This document shows, piece after piece, positions 1 to 8,964 of a stretch of DNA of 52,498 nucleotides. The translations under genes were made by a program, and so were the position numbers. The stretch's first letter is position 1, and each line of letters begins with the position of its first letter. The DNA lies in contig QNYQ01000027.1 in the NCBI GenBank assembly GCA_003978665.1, forward strand, positions 1 through 52,498. The letters run 5' to 3'. A model generated the notes under the pieces. That model had not been told where the DNA came from, made no database searches, and was given only the letters and a program-made list of their open reading frames with translations. This DNA comes from Hyperthermus sp. (lineage in GTDB: Archaea > Thermoproteota > Thermoprotei_A > Sulfolobales > Pyrodictiaceae).

Positions 1-179
1 GGCTCGGTGTCGGCAGAGGCTACCATTACCTTGCCTACTGACTATAGATAGTAGGCTACCTCGTAGCCTCCCATAAGGCATGCGTTAAATCCTATAATGT
101 CTATTCCGAGGCCGCGGAGCGCGTTAGCTATGTGTCTAGCAAGGTCAGCCCACAATATAGTATAAGCATGTGGTGAGGG
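1..179 (-). pseudogene. Clostripain (peptidase C11)-like gene remnant, running off the window edge
   Basis: Manual translation: ...ILWADLARHIANALRGLGIDIIGFNACLMGGYEVAYYL*SVGKVMVASADTEP. This resembles the C11 motif D-x-x-G-F-D-A-C-L-M...E-V-A-Y...V-A-S-E-x-x-E-P. In-frame TAG at 44-42; no intact start or His-Gly region upstream. Confidence 0.65.
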
Positions 180-334
180 CAGCGGCGGGCCTAGAGCTCG
201 AGGCCTCCTGTGCCTCTAGGGCCCAGGACAAGTAAACATGCTTTGTGTTTAGTACATGGTGAAATGCAGCATGTATGTGAATGTTATTATTCCCGGGCTT
301 CTCTAATGAGAAGGACTGCCAATATGCTATTTAG

Positions 335-559
335 TTACTTAAGTATGTAGCGTTCGATTCCGCTGCCACTAATTCTAATTATGTCCCATCTCTTGCCATC
401 GAAGTGTATAAAGTAAACTTGTTTACGTAAGACACCTTTCTCGAACTCCTTTATTTCACATGGGCGGAAAACCTTGGGGTTGAGTTCTAGAATCCTCTTC
501 ACCTTTTTATATTCTATCTTGGCATTCATACCAATGTCAGTGATGAAGTCCTCAGCCAT
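335..559 (-). CDS. Hypothetical protein (74 aa), AT-rich patch
   Basis: ORF translationally coupled to the upstream ORF (stop/start share base 559); no family recognised. Confidence 0.6.
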   Translation of the reverse strand: MAEDFITDIGMNAKIEYKKVKRILELNPKVFRPCEIKEFEKGVLRKQVYFIHFDGKRWDIIRISGSGIERYILK

Positions 560-894
560 TACTCTACAACCTCGTATAATATAATCCTGCCGTCGGTGGT
601 CTTCTCGGCTAACAAGTTATCGCTAATCTTCTTTATCTCGCCAGGCCTAAGTGATAGGGCCCCCTTAGGCTTAATTGACTTCCACAAGGCCCTCACTAAT
701 GCCGGCATTGACGGTCTCCCAATGAATACAGTCACTTCAGGAGTTTGACGAATCTGCGTTAGGTCATTTCTTGGCGCTGATATCTCAGTACTGTCGCTAA
801 ACCCCTGCCCACGAATTCTTTGGAGGCTCTGGATAGGTTCCTTTGGAATGAGAACAAGCTGGCTTACCATACCTCTCATCCCACGGGCTTCCAT
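559..894 (-). CDS. Hypothetical protein, AT-rich patch
   Basis: Middle ORF of a three-gene overlapping run; true start may be a downstream ATG. Confidence 0.6.
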   Translation of the reverse strand: MEARGMRGMVSQLVLIPKEPIQSLQRIRGQGFSDSTEISAPRNDLTQIRQTPEVTVFIGRPSMPALVRALWKSIKPKGALSLRPGEIKKISDNLLAEKTTDGRIILYEVVE

Positions 895-1367
895 TGAATC
901 TTAACACTCCAATGAACCCAGTAAAGTGGCTCGTTCATGTCGGTTCTATAATTTATGTTGCGTGAAACCATGGATGCTTCTCCCACTACTTTAATCCTAT
1001 ACTTCTTGCCTTCTACCTCAACCTCTACCTCTTCTGTGGCTGGCTCCTGGCTTTGAATATTTATCAACTCCCACCCGTCCTCTGGAAGTCTATCTGGTGG
1101 GCTTAGGGGTTTATCCTTTACATTGTTCTTTAACTCATCTGGCACATAGAGCGATGAAACTCCGCCTGCTGTCTTAACGGCAAAGTTAACTCCGCCAAAT
1201 GGTGAGAAGCCTACGTACTTTACACCAACAACTACAACACGTAGAACCAGTTTACTGCCATCAGCAAGGGTAACAATGCCAGGCTTACTTAGTATTACAC
1301 AGTAAACATCCTCCATCATGGCCATAACCCCTAACAACCCAGCAAACACTATACCATAGCTTCCCAA
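876..1367 (-). CDS. Hypothetical beta-rich protein with apparent two-fold internal repeat
   Basis: Globular-looking ORF (TLADGSKLVLRVVV... / EVEGKKYRIKVV...EPLYWVHW); start probably near MMEDV (~1318). Confidence 0.7.
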   Translation of the reverse strand: MGSYGIVFAGLLGVMAMMEDVYCVILSKPGIVTLADGSKLVLRVVVVGVKYVGFSPFGGVNFAVKTAGGVSSLYVPDELKNNVKDKPLSPPDRLPEDGWELINIQSQEPATEEVEVEVEGKKYRIKVVGEASMVSRNINYRTDMNEPLYWVHWSVKIQWKPVG

Positions 1368-1641
1368 TAAGTTTGTAGTACAAGCAACAGGAGAGACCTA
1401 TTAGCAGCAAATCGTTAGCGCATTAAGCCGGAAGGCATGAACTCCTATATGCCAGCATGAAAGCCGTACTTTAGAGAATGAGGCCCTCCTATCGGGTAGG
1501 CTCTTACTACGTTAGCTAACCTAGTGTTTTTAATACAGCTCTGCTGGCCTAAGTGGAGTACATGCTTGTGTTCTCGTTTTGTTCATTGACGTGCTCGAAG
1601 AGGAATGCCGTTTTTACTTCGACTTTGCTTGCTGTAAGGTT

Positions 1642-1768
1642 TTATAACATCATGATAGGACCCCTTCTCCTTATCCATGCAGCTCTCTCCCTCTCATTCA
1701 ACTCTAAGAGCTCTAATGGCTTTAGCACATCCCCCCATATTTACCCGGATACCGGATAAGCCTTGCAT
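1642..1768 (-). pseudogene. Frameshifted AF2212/DUF104-like antitoxin remnant
   Basis: ATG at 1768 reads MQGLSGIRV, then after a frame change in a G-run ...DVLKPLELLELNERER, resembling the family motif I-x-A-x-Y-E-x-G-V-L-K-P-L-x-x-L-x-L-x-E-G-E. Confidence 0.5.
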
Positions 1769-2056
1769 CTACCAGCTACCCCGCTTAAACTCCTAAGCCC
1801 TTACCCCCGACATGCTGCAGTTATTATCGCTCATGTGGACCAGTAGGATAACCATGTCAATGCGTATGCTGCATTCTATTGCTGGTCCATGCGATGCTGG
1901 ATGCTGGTTATTATGCCTAAGTCTCCGGAAGGGTTGGTGTAAACGCTAATTTACTGCCCTCTGTTTCATTGGTTCCCTATACTTGAATGGTGTCGTTTCG
2001 GGTTTCCCGCTTTTCTTGCTGAGGGAAGGGAGGGAAGGTGGTCTGCTACGTGGCCG

Positions 2057-3136
2057 TTGTTTGACCGGTATGGTAGGCCTTTGACTAATCTGCGTGTGAT
2101 GGTTACTGGTAGGTGTAATTTCTCGTGCTTCTTCTGTCACATGGAGGGTTACCGTGACCCTGATATTGCTTCGAGGGAGTTGAGCCTGGAGGAGTTGGAG
2201 CTTTTGGCTAGTGCTGCTAGGAGGCTTGGTGTGAGGGCTTTCAAGGTTACTGGTGGGGAGCCTACGCTTAGGAGGGACTTGGCCAGTATTGTGGCGTTGT
2301 TTAAGTCTATTGGGGCGTATGTGTCTTTGACTACTAATGCTTCCCTGCTTCACCTGCACTTGAGGGGTCTTGTGGATGCTGGGCTTGACCATATAAATGT
2401 TAGTCTTCATGCTATGAGGGAGAGTGTTTTCTCGCGTATAACCGGCTCTAATATGTTTAGGAGGGTTGTGGATAATATTGTGGCTGCTAGGGAGTATGGG
2501 ATACCCGTCAAGATCAATTTCGTCATATTGAGGGGTTATAATGAGGATGATGTTGAGGAGTTGATAGATTTTGCTGCACGAATCGATGCGAGGGTGCAGT
2601 TTATAGAGCTGCATCCCGTCGGCAAGGCTGCTAAGAGGTTTCGCGACCACTACCTGCCAAGGTGGCGTATACTTGAGAGGTTAGAGAATAGGATAGTGGA
2701 GATAAAGTATAGGGTTGGCCTCCATAATAGGCCTATAATAGTGCTGGATAATGGTGTTGTGGTGGAGGTTGTAGGCCCTGTAGGCAACTACTTCTTCTGC
2801 GCGGGCTGTACAAGGATAAGGGTCACGTACGACTTCAAGCTAATACCCTGCCTGAACTGGAAGGGAGAACCCATAGATGTTAGAGAGAGGCTTAGGAGGG
2901 TGCGCAGCGTCGAGGAGAAGGTTGAGGCCATAGTTGACAGTATACGTGAAGCCAATAGGCTGCGGGAACCATATGTCCTCTACCCCCTCAAGGCTCTGCC
3001 AGCAAGGGAGATGAGGAAGTGGAAGACGGCTAGGCTTGGACTACCTAAAAGGGATGGGAGACTATGCATTCCCGGGGAGAGGTCGAGGGAGCACATAGAA
3101 AGGATTATTGCTGAATGGGGGGATTACGCGTACTAA
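2057..3136 (+). CDS. moaA: GTP 3',8-cyclase (molybdenum cofactor biosynthesis radical SAM)
   Basis: DRYGRPLTNLRV, CxxxCxxC (CNFSCFFC), TGGEP, C-terminal FCAGCTRIR...PCL second-cluster motif. Confidence 0.95.
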   Translation: MFDRYGRPLTNLRVMVTGRCNFSCFFCHMEGYRDPDIASRELSLEELELLASAARRLGVRAFKVTGGEPTLRRDLASIVALFKSIGAYVSLTTNASLLHLHLRGLVDAGLDHINVSLHAMRESVFSRITGSNMFRRVVDNIVAAREYGIPVKINFVILRGYNEDDVEELIDFAARIDARVQFIELHPVGKAAKRFRDHYLPRWRILERLENRIVEIKYRVGLHNRPIIVLDNGVVVEVVGPVGNYFFCAGCTRIRVTYDFKLIPCLNWKGEPIDVRERLRRVRSVEEKVEAIVDSIREANRLREPYVLYPLKALPAREMRKWKTARLGLPKRDGRLCIPGERSREHIERIIAEWGDYAY

Positions 3137-3252
3137 GCCGGCAGCCCGGCCAGGGTTACCTGGATCATCTGGCGTCTGGTCTCCCATGGGGAGGCGATGC
3201 ACATATAACTAGGGGGATGGCTCCTTCTACTAGTAGGTGGGCGTGATCTTCA

Positions 3253-4203
3253 ATGCCTTTCCTCCGAAGGCTTCGTAGATGGTGGCACATGAGGAACCCC
3301 GAGATCCGGTGGATCGTCGAGGTTGGTGTGAAGGAGGTCCCAGAGGAGGCTAATCCCGCCCCGGACAGAATGGATCAGCCCTACCCCTTCGTCTCCAAGT
3401 ATGTTGACGAGAACAGTTATCTCCTGGACGACCCGGACATCATGCTCACGCTGTTCCGGTCTGTCGTGGATAAGAGGGAGGAGCACATAAGGCTTCATGG
3501 TCTTCCGGGCGAGATTAAGCTTCTCGTGGCGAGGCCTGACGTGGCCAATGGCGTCTACTTGCTGGCGTTTAACGGCGAGCGCTTCCGTGCATGGCTGCTA
3601 ACCTATTATGGTGTTATTACTGCTGTTAGGCTTGACGAGGCGGGTATGGGTACTAGTTATGGGCTGCGTGCTTTGAGGTGGCTTGATGAGTGGACTGGGA
3701 GCGTTGATATTGTTAAGATCAGGCTTCGTGAGTCCCTCTACAGTTGGGGTCCAGAGTTCAGCGTGTACATTAAGGGGCTTGACAACCAGCACCACTATCT
3801 CGTCACGACACTCAACAACCTCTACAAGTACCTTCTGGCCGGCTCGGCGAGAAGGATCCTTGACGATACCCTCAACGCTCTACTGGACTATACCAAGTTT
3901 CATTTTAGGAGTGAGGAGGTGTTGTTCGACAAGTATGGCTACCCGAAGGCTGAGGGGCATAGGAAGCAGCACCAGACGTTTGTTGAGAAGGCAAGCGATT
4001 TCATGGAGAAGTATAAGGCTGGTGAGGCGCGTCTAACGCTGGAGGTGCTGCACTTCCTGGCTGACTGGGTTAAGAACCATATACTCACAAGCGACCACGA
4101 CTATGGCGAGTGGTTCTACGAGCACGGTGTCCCCATAGTTGAGGAGAAGCTTGTGAGGAGGAGCCGTGAGGTTAGGGCTAAGCTTGGCCTAGACAAGCTC
4201 TAG
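3253..4203 (+). CDS. Hemerythrin-domain protein with ~165-aa unknown N-terminal domain
   Basis: C-terminal LDNQH...HFRSEE...HRKQH...HILTSD set of di-iron ligands typical of bacteriohemerythrin. Confidence 0.9.
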   Translation: MPFLRRLRRWWHMRNPEIRWIVEVGVKEVPEEANPAPDRMDQPYPFVSKYVDENSYLLDDPDIMLTLFRSVVDKREEHIRLHGLPGEIKLLVARPDVANGVYLLAFNGERFRAWLLTYYGVITAVRLDEAGMGTSYGLRALRWLDEWTGSVDIVKIRLRESLYSWGPEFSVYIKGLDNQHHYLVTTLNNLYKYLLAGSARRILDDTLNALLDYTKFHFRSEEVLFDKYGYPKAEGHRKQHQTFVEKASDFMEKYKAGEARLTLEVLHFLADWVKNHILTSDHDYGEWFYEHGVPIVEEKLVRRSREVRAKLGLDKL

Positions 4204-4700
4204 CCTGGAGCGGCGTAGGCGACTACTACCCCCCGACCCCAGGACAGGGCTAGTGCTGCTGCAACAGGCCTCCCCGTAGAGTTGACCGTTATCCTGGCGG
4301 CATCCCCCGGCGCAAGGCCCAGGGGGAGCCCGGCTTCACGCCACTCCCCGCTGCCCAAGGCCTTGGTCTCGATCCTCACGCTGCCCGGGCTAGAGCCGCC
4401 GTCAACTACAAGCACTGTGTCGTCATCAAACACTATTACGGCCCCTATAACGAGTAGCGCATGCGGCGACGTATTATTGGCCATAACGACTACAGTGTTG
4501 TTTCCTACAGCAGAGAGTCTGACCATAATGCCCGGGTACTGGGCAGCAGCGTAAAGTGGTGCTGCCCGGAGCCTCAACAACATGTCAACATACTTCGATA
4601 CCGTGAAGTAGTAGAACGCTACAAAACCTATCAGCACAACCGACATTATCGACGCGCCCACTATGGTGGCAATACTCCTACAGCCCCTATCCCCACCCAT
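4200..4700 (-). CDS. Membrane-anchored protein, possible class III signal peptide (archaeal pilin-like)
   Basis: Short charged N-terminus, RS|IATIVGA then hydrophobic helix, followed by a beta-rich domain. Confidence 0.6.
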   Translation of the reverse strand: MGGDRGCRSIATIVGASIMSVVLIGFVAFYYFTVSKYVDMLLRLRAAPLYAAAQYPGIMVRLSAVGNNTVVVMANNTSPHALLVIGAVIVFDDDTVLVVDGGSSPGSVRIETKALGSGEWREAGLPLGLAPGDAARITVNSTGRPVAAALALSWGRGVVVAYAAPG

Positions 4701-4834
4701 AACCGTGAATCCTCACCCACCCTAGGCTACTGCAGGGTCTTGGACTTGAAGCTTTCCCTGGGGGAGGAGCGCGGAAAAAGACTCTAGAGCCTCTCTCCTC
4801 GGAGAGCGGGGCGCCAGGGGGAGGATTCTATCGT

Positions 4835-4950
4835 GGAGGGGGGTGATGGAGGAACACCGACGCTGAACCACCGTGGGCCCGCGATGCTGGAGCCCCTTCT
4901 CCCCTCTCGGGGGTGGGGTGTTGAGGCCTAGCGATGCTGACTCCCCCCTC
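4835..4950 (+). ncRNA. Candidate box C/D sRNA with internal insertion
   Basis: GTGATGG 4843-4849, CTGA 4863-4866, GTGTTGA 4918-4924, CTGA 4937-4940; flanking GGAGGGGGG / CTCCCCCCTC stem; T-run downstream; intergenic. Confidence 0.6.
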
Positions 4951-4972
4951 TCCCCAGGGGATCGTTGCTTTT

Positions 4973-5650
4973 TCACGGGGCGTGTGTGCTTGCTTCCTTC
5001 TCGTGAACGTGTTTTATGAGCTCGACTGTCTTTGTTATGGTGTAGGTGTAGCTTACTAGTGCTATTAGCGCTAGGGCTAGCCTGGGTTTTGCCAGTATGC
5101 CTGCCAGGAATACTATGAATATTCTCGTGTCTCTTCCGGCGATGTTTGGTATTCTGCCTATGAGTGCCGGGTGTTTTCCTGCTGTCTTTTCTCCGACGGC
5201 ATGTATGTAGGAGACTAGTAGGTCTCCGCTTAAAGCGGCCATGACTAGGGGTATGAGGACTAGTGGTTCAAGTAGCTTGGCGGCAGCCAGTGATACTCCA
5301 AGCAGTAGTGTTATGTCGGCCAGCCTGTCCAGTATAGTGTCGAGTAGGCCTCCTGCCTTGCTTGCCCTACCGGTGAGTCTTGCGAGCTCGCCGTCTACTC
5401 CATCGAGTATTGAGCCTATCTGAGCAATTACTCCTCCTAGCTGGGGGAGCCCCATAGAGAATAATGGTGCTCCCAGTGCTACCAGTATGGCTGATATCAC
5501 GCTGACAAGGTCTGGGCTTGGAGGATTAGGTAGTGATGCTAGTCGCCGCGATATTCTGGTCGAGATCCTCCTGTTTATCGTCCTCGACACCACCCCGTCA
5601 CTGGCCTTTACGATGCTAGCCTCTAACCCATGAGAGTACGTGTTCAACAA
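4973..5650 (-). CDS. CDP-alcohol phosphatidyltransferase, probable di-myo-inositol-phosphate-phosphate synthase (DIPPS)
   Basis: DGVDGELAR...GGLLDTILD signature, DGVVSRTINRRIS N-terminal motif, adjacent to an NTP transferase. Confidence 0.85.
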   Translation of the reverse strand: MLNTYSHGLEASIVKASDGVVSRTINRRISTRISRRLASLPNPPSPDLVSVISAILVALGAPLFSMGLPQLGGVIAQIGSILDGVDGELARLTGRASKAGGLLDTILDRLADITLLLGVSLAAAKLLEPLVLIPLVMAALSGDLLVSYIHAVGEKTAGKHPALIGRIPNIAGRDTRIFIVFLAGILAKPRLALALIALVSYTYTITKTVELIKHVHEKEASTHAP

Positions 5651-6350
5651 CCCTCCCCCTCCTCCCCTCCTCTGCCTCTACGAGGTCGTCTGGAGTGTCG
5701 ATTTCCGTCCAGTAGGCTCCCCTTACGAGCACTGCCCGTGCTCTGCCAGTGGACGCTAGGCTCGAAACCAGGGCGTTCAACGTCAACACCCTCCCCCTCG
5801 CAGCCTCCTTCAGGGTTGGGGGCGAGAAGAGGGCGTGAACCCCCGTGTCCACGCACATCCACTCCCTAAGATTCTTGCTTGACTCGTAAAGGATTGGGGG
5901 CTGCATCATTATCTTTGTGGCCTCGTCCACGTCTATGAATAATGGGTTAGAGTCGCATACAAGAGCGTAGCCGCCCCTCCCCGCCACGCTATACTCCAGT
6001 CTTGCTGGCAGGAGGGGAGAGAACACGTGGTCGCTCATCGTCACAAAGGAGGCGTCGCTGGTAAGGGTTGAAGCGCCTAGTAGGAGGCTATAGCCGTTCT
6101 CCCTCCAGGGCTCATTATTCAACACGATATTGACGGCTCCCCGCCCAAGAATACTCCTCGCCAGCTCCCTCAGCCCCGACGCCAACTCCCTCCGGGTAAC
6201 TATCACGGCCTCAGCAGCCCCAAGCAGGTGCAGCACGCTCAGCGGATACCATGCAAGAGGCCTCCCCCTCAGCCTTACAAGAGGCTTAGCCCCCCCAAGC
6301 CTCCTGCCGGCACCGGCTGCGAGAACTATAATCAGCCTCGGCCACACCAT
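5616..6350 (-). CDS. NTP transferase, probable CTP:inositol-1-phosphate cytidylyltransferase (IPCT)
   Basis: LAAGAGRRL..KPL, ENGYSL, MSDH, EATK, VDTG, WTEIDT motifs; overlaps the DIPPS-like gene. Confidence 0.85.
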   Translation of the reverse strand: MVWPRLIIVLAAGAGRRLGGAKPLVRLRGRPLAWYPLSVLHLLGAAEAVIVTRRELASGLRELARSILGRGAVNIVLNNEPWRENGYSLLLGASTLTSDASFVTMSDHVFSPLLPARLEYSVAGRGGYALVCDSNPLFIDVDEATKIMMQPPILYESSKNLREWMCVDTGVHALFSPPTLKEAARGRVLTLNALVSSLASTGRARAVLVRGAYWTEIDTPDDLVEAEEGRRGRVVEHVLSWVRG

Positions 6351-6420
6351 GCCACACTACCCTTCCAGCAGCCTCAACGAGTACTGCTAGGCACCACACC
6401 ACAAAATTAAGGATCCATAT

Positions 6421-7185
6421 ATGAGAGACCTAGGATCGCCCGAGAGGGGCTTTGGCGCGGGCCTTGGAGAAAGCCTCCAGGGAAGGCTCCGGCTGCTAGT
6501 GTTGCTAGGCGTGGGTGGAAGGGGTTTGAGGAGGAAGCTCCTGGAGCATGAGGCTTTAAGCCTCCTCCACGAGTACAGTATACCCGTTGCCGAGTACTCC
6601 TTCGTCCAAGACGCTGGCGGGGTTGTTGAGGCGGCGGGGAGGCTGGGCTACCCGGTAGCTCTTAAGGTGGTTAGCCCGGACATAGTTCACAAGAGCGATG
6701 TGGGCGGTGTGGCACTTAACATTAAGAGTGAGGAAGAGCTTGTAGAGGCGTTGGAGAGAATGATTTCATCGATAAACGAGAAAGCCCCGGGGGCCAGGCT
6801 TGAGGGCTTTCTCGTCCAGAAGATGGCTCCTCCAGGGGCTGTTGAGGTGGCTATAGGAGGCTTGAGGGATCCCGTTTTCGGGCCAGCCGTAATGTTTGGG
6901 TTTGGGGGGGTTCTCGTTGAGCTCTTCCGTGACGTGAGCTTCCGCGTATCACCGTTCGATAGGGATGAGGCCCTTGAAATGATGCGTGAAACCAGGGTCT
7001 ACAGGCTGCTCCGGGGCTACCGCAGTATTCCGGCCAGGGACTTAGAGGCTATAGTCGACGTTATCATGTCCGTTCAGAGACTGCTTAACGAGAGGGAGAA
7101 CGTTGTTGAACTGGACCTCAACCCCGTAATGAGCTATACAACCGGGGTCCTCATCGTGGATGCAAGAGTTATTGTCGAGGAATAG
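6421..7185 (+). CDS. ADP-forming acetate/acyl-CoA ligase beta subunit (ATP-grasp)
   Basis: GYPVALKVVSPDIVHKSDVGGV, DPVFGPAVMFGFGG, ELDLNP; start may be TTG at 6526. Confidence 0.9.
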   Translation: MRDLGSPERGFGAGLGESLQGRLRLLVLLGVGGRGLRRKLLEHEALSLLHEYSIPVAEYSFVQDAGGVVEAAGRLGYPVALKVVSPDIVHKSDVGGVALNIKSEEELVEALERMISSINEKAPGARLEGFLVQKMAPPGAVEVAIGGLRDPVFGPAVMFGFGGVLVELFRDVSFRVSPFDRDEALEMMRETRVYRLLRGYRSIPARDLEAIVDVIMSVQRLLNERENVVELDLNPVMSYTTGVLIVDARVIVEE

Positions 7186-7209
7186 TCTCGCTCCTCGGGG
7201 CCGGAGCGT

Positions 7210-8322
7210 TTAGGTTACTAGCTGGACTAGCCCCTCAACCCCCCTCCTCTTCAACGCCTCCCTTATCTCAAGCGCTATCCTTTCTCCAAGGTTGAGCGGC
7301 CTATCGAAGTAGAGGTGGCTGTACTGGCCTCCCCACGCCATCACAGAGTTTGTTCCTCCCCCTATACGTGGAGCTATATCATACACTACTATGTCTAGTT
7401 CAGGAGTCACTATCCCCTGAAGCGTGAAAGGCCCTATAACGCCAGGCGGCTCCAGCCTCCGGGCAGCCTCGACAAACTTCAACGCTATCTCAAACACCTT
7501 GTGAAGCAAGCTCTCCCTAACCGTTACGGGTATGTGGCCGACCTCGATCATGCGCGGCTCAATAACACCCCTTAAAGCATCCTGGATCCAGGAGGGGAGG
7601 CGGTTAACATCGTCGATGCTCGTCTGAAGCCTACGATCCACGCTGTGCAGCTCAAGACGGCCATACACAACGCTCCAGAAGTAGTTGAAGTTGAAATGAC
7701 TACCAGCAACATACTCCTCTATACTCATCTCCCTCAAAGACTCCTCATCAACCACCCCCAGCCTCCTCAACTCCCCAAGCCTCTCCTCAGCCTCAGCACC
7801 ACTGCCGGCAACGAAGAAGGCCCTCTCAACCCTACGCCTAGCCTCCGGCAGCTTCACCATAACCGGGCCCTTAGCCTCGCTGAGATCCCGGTACGTTCTC
7901 GGACGCCTTATGCCGGCCTCGTCTAGGAGCCTATAATAGTTCTTCTCCCCCACCCTCTCCTCCCAACGTAAGAGAAACCTGTTGCCGAAAACCGGGACGT
8001 TGAACTCCTCCTCTATGCCCTCATAGCCTACATAGACTGCAAAACTACGGTTAGGCACAAATATAGTGTTAAGCCTCCTAAGCTCCTCCTGCACACGCTC
8101 ATCCAGCAAATCCCTATAGGAATCCAGCACAAGAAGCCTATCAACCAGGGGAAACATCCGGTAAGCTAGGTCACGGCCACGCCGAGCAACAGCGAGAGTC
8201 CTAAAACCATACCTCCTAGCACCATGAAGCACGTCGAGAGCCGAGTGGCTGGCAACAACACCTATAGTCAACGATGACAAGTCATACTCGCGCACAATAG
8301 AAGCAGCCTCAACAGCCAACAC
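7210..8322 (-). CDS. purP: PurP-family ATP-grasp ligase (FAICAR synthetase-like)
   Basis: VASHSALDV, FVPNRSF, FGNRFLLRWE, GPFTLQ, RIGGGTN, GERIALEI; start set at GTG after a GGAGG site. Paralog subtype uncertain. Confidence 0.85.
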   Translation of the reverse strand: MLAVEAASIVREYDLSSLTIGVVASHSALDVLHGARRYGFRTLAVARRGRDLAYRMFPLVDRLLVLDSYRDLLDERVQEELRRLNTIFVPNRSFAVYVGYEGIEEEFNVPVFGNRFLLRWEERVGEKNYYRLLDEAGIRRPRTYRDLSEAKGPVMVKLPEARRRVERAFFVAGSGAEAEERLGELRRLGVVDEESLREMSIEEYVAGSHFNFNYFWSVVYGRLELHSVDRRLQTSIDDVNRLPSWIQDALRGVIEPRMIEVGHIPVTVRESLLHKVFEIALKFVEAARRLEPPGVIGPFTLQGIVTPELDIVVYDIAPRIGGGTNSVMAWGGQYSHLYFDRPLNLGERIALEIREALKRRGVEGLVQLVT

Positions 8323-8724
8323 AACCCTCCCCCACAGAGCAGACATGCCAGGAGAGGAGTGAAGAGGGGGAAAAGAGGCAAATAAAGGAGACCCACAGAT
8401 AGCCCGAGCAAGCACCTTAAAACTTCCCCGTCGAGAAAACCATTACCATATCAGGTTAGGAGAAGCCCGGGCAAGACCAAGCAATAGATTAGCGTTTACC
8501 AGTCCCTCCGAAACAGCTAAGAAGCCCAGGCCTCGGCATCATGCTCAACAGCAATGGCTCTTCTATGGCCAGTACCACTTCCACCTTCCTGCCGTCGGGC
8601 GTGGAGCCCTGTCCCCGCGGGAGTGGAGGAGCGTGCTCTGCGTGGCTCCATTATAGTTGTGGCTCGCGTAGGGGACGAATACCCTATAAGCCAGTATGCC
8701 GCCTATACATGGCGAGGGATTAGC

Positions 8725-8964
8725 GTGGAGGACGTTGTACTCGAGTACAGTATGGTAGAGGAGCTGGCCCGGTCGAGGCGGCGTGAGGCGGTGGAGCTTT
8801 CGCTGCTCCTACGCGAGGCCGATAAGCTGGGGGGTGGCCGTAGAAGCCTCCGCGACGCCCTCCGTCTCGCCGAGATAGCGGTGGAGGCCTCTCGATCCAT
8901 GCTGGAGGTGGTCGAGTGGGATAGGGCTTGGGGGAGGAGGAGGGTGCTGAGGCTGAGGCAGTAG
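8725..8964 (+). CDS. Small helical protein, partner of downstream nucleotidyltransferase-like gene
   Basis: In-frame GTG at 8725 downstream of TATAAG; overlaps the next ORF. Confidence 0.55.
   Translation: MEDVVLEYSMVEELARSRRREAVELSLLLREADKLGGGRRSLRDALRLAEIAVEASRSMLEVVEWDRAWGRRRVLRLRQ

Noticed and set aside
1946..2650. Long antisense ORFs (also 14003-14542, 20674-21477, 36102-36761, 47821-48525, 48697-49482)
   Set aside because: Shadow frames opposite well-supported genes, with biased low-complexity composition.
4722..4976. 84-aa minus-strand ORF
   Set aside because: Pro/Arg-rich translation of a GC-rich structured region; the sRNA explanation fits better.
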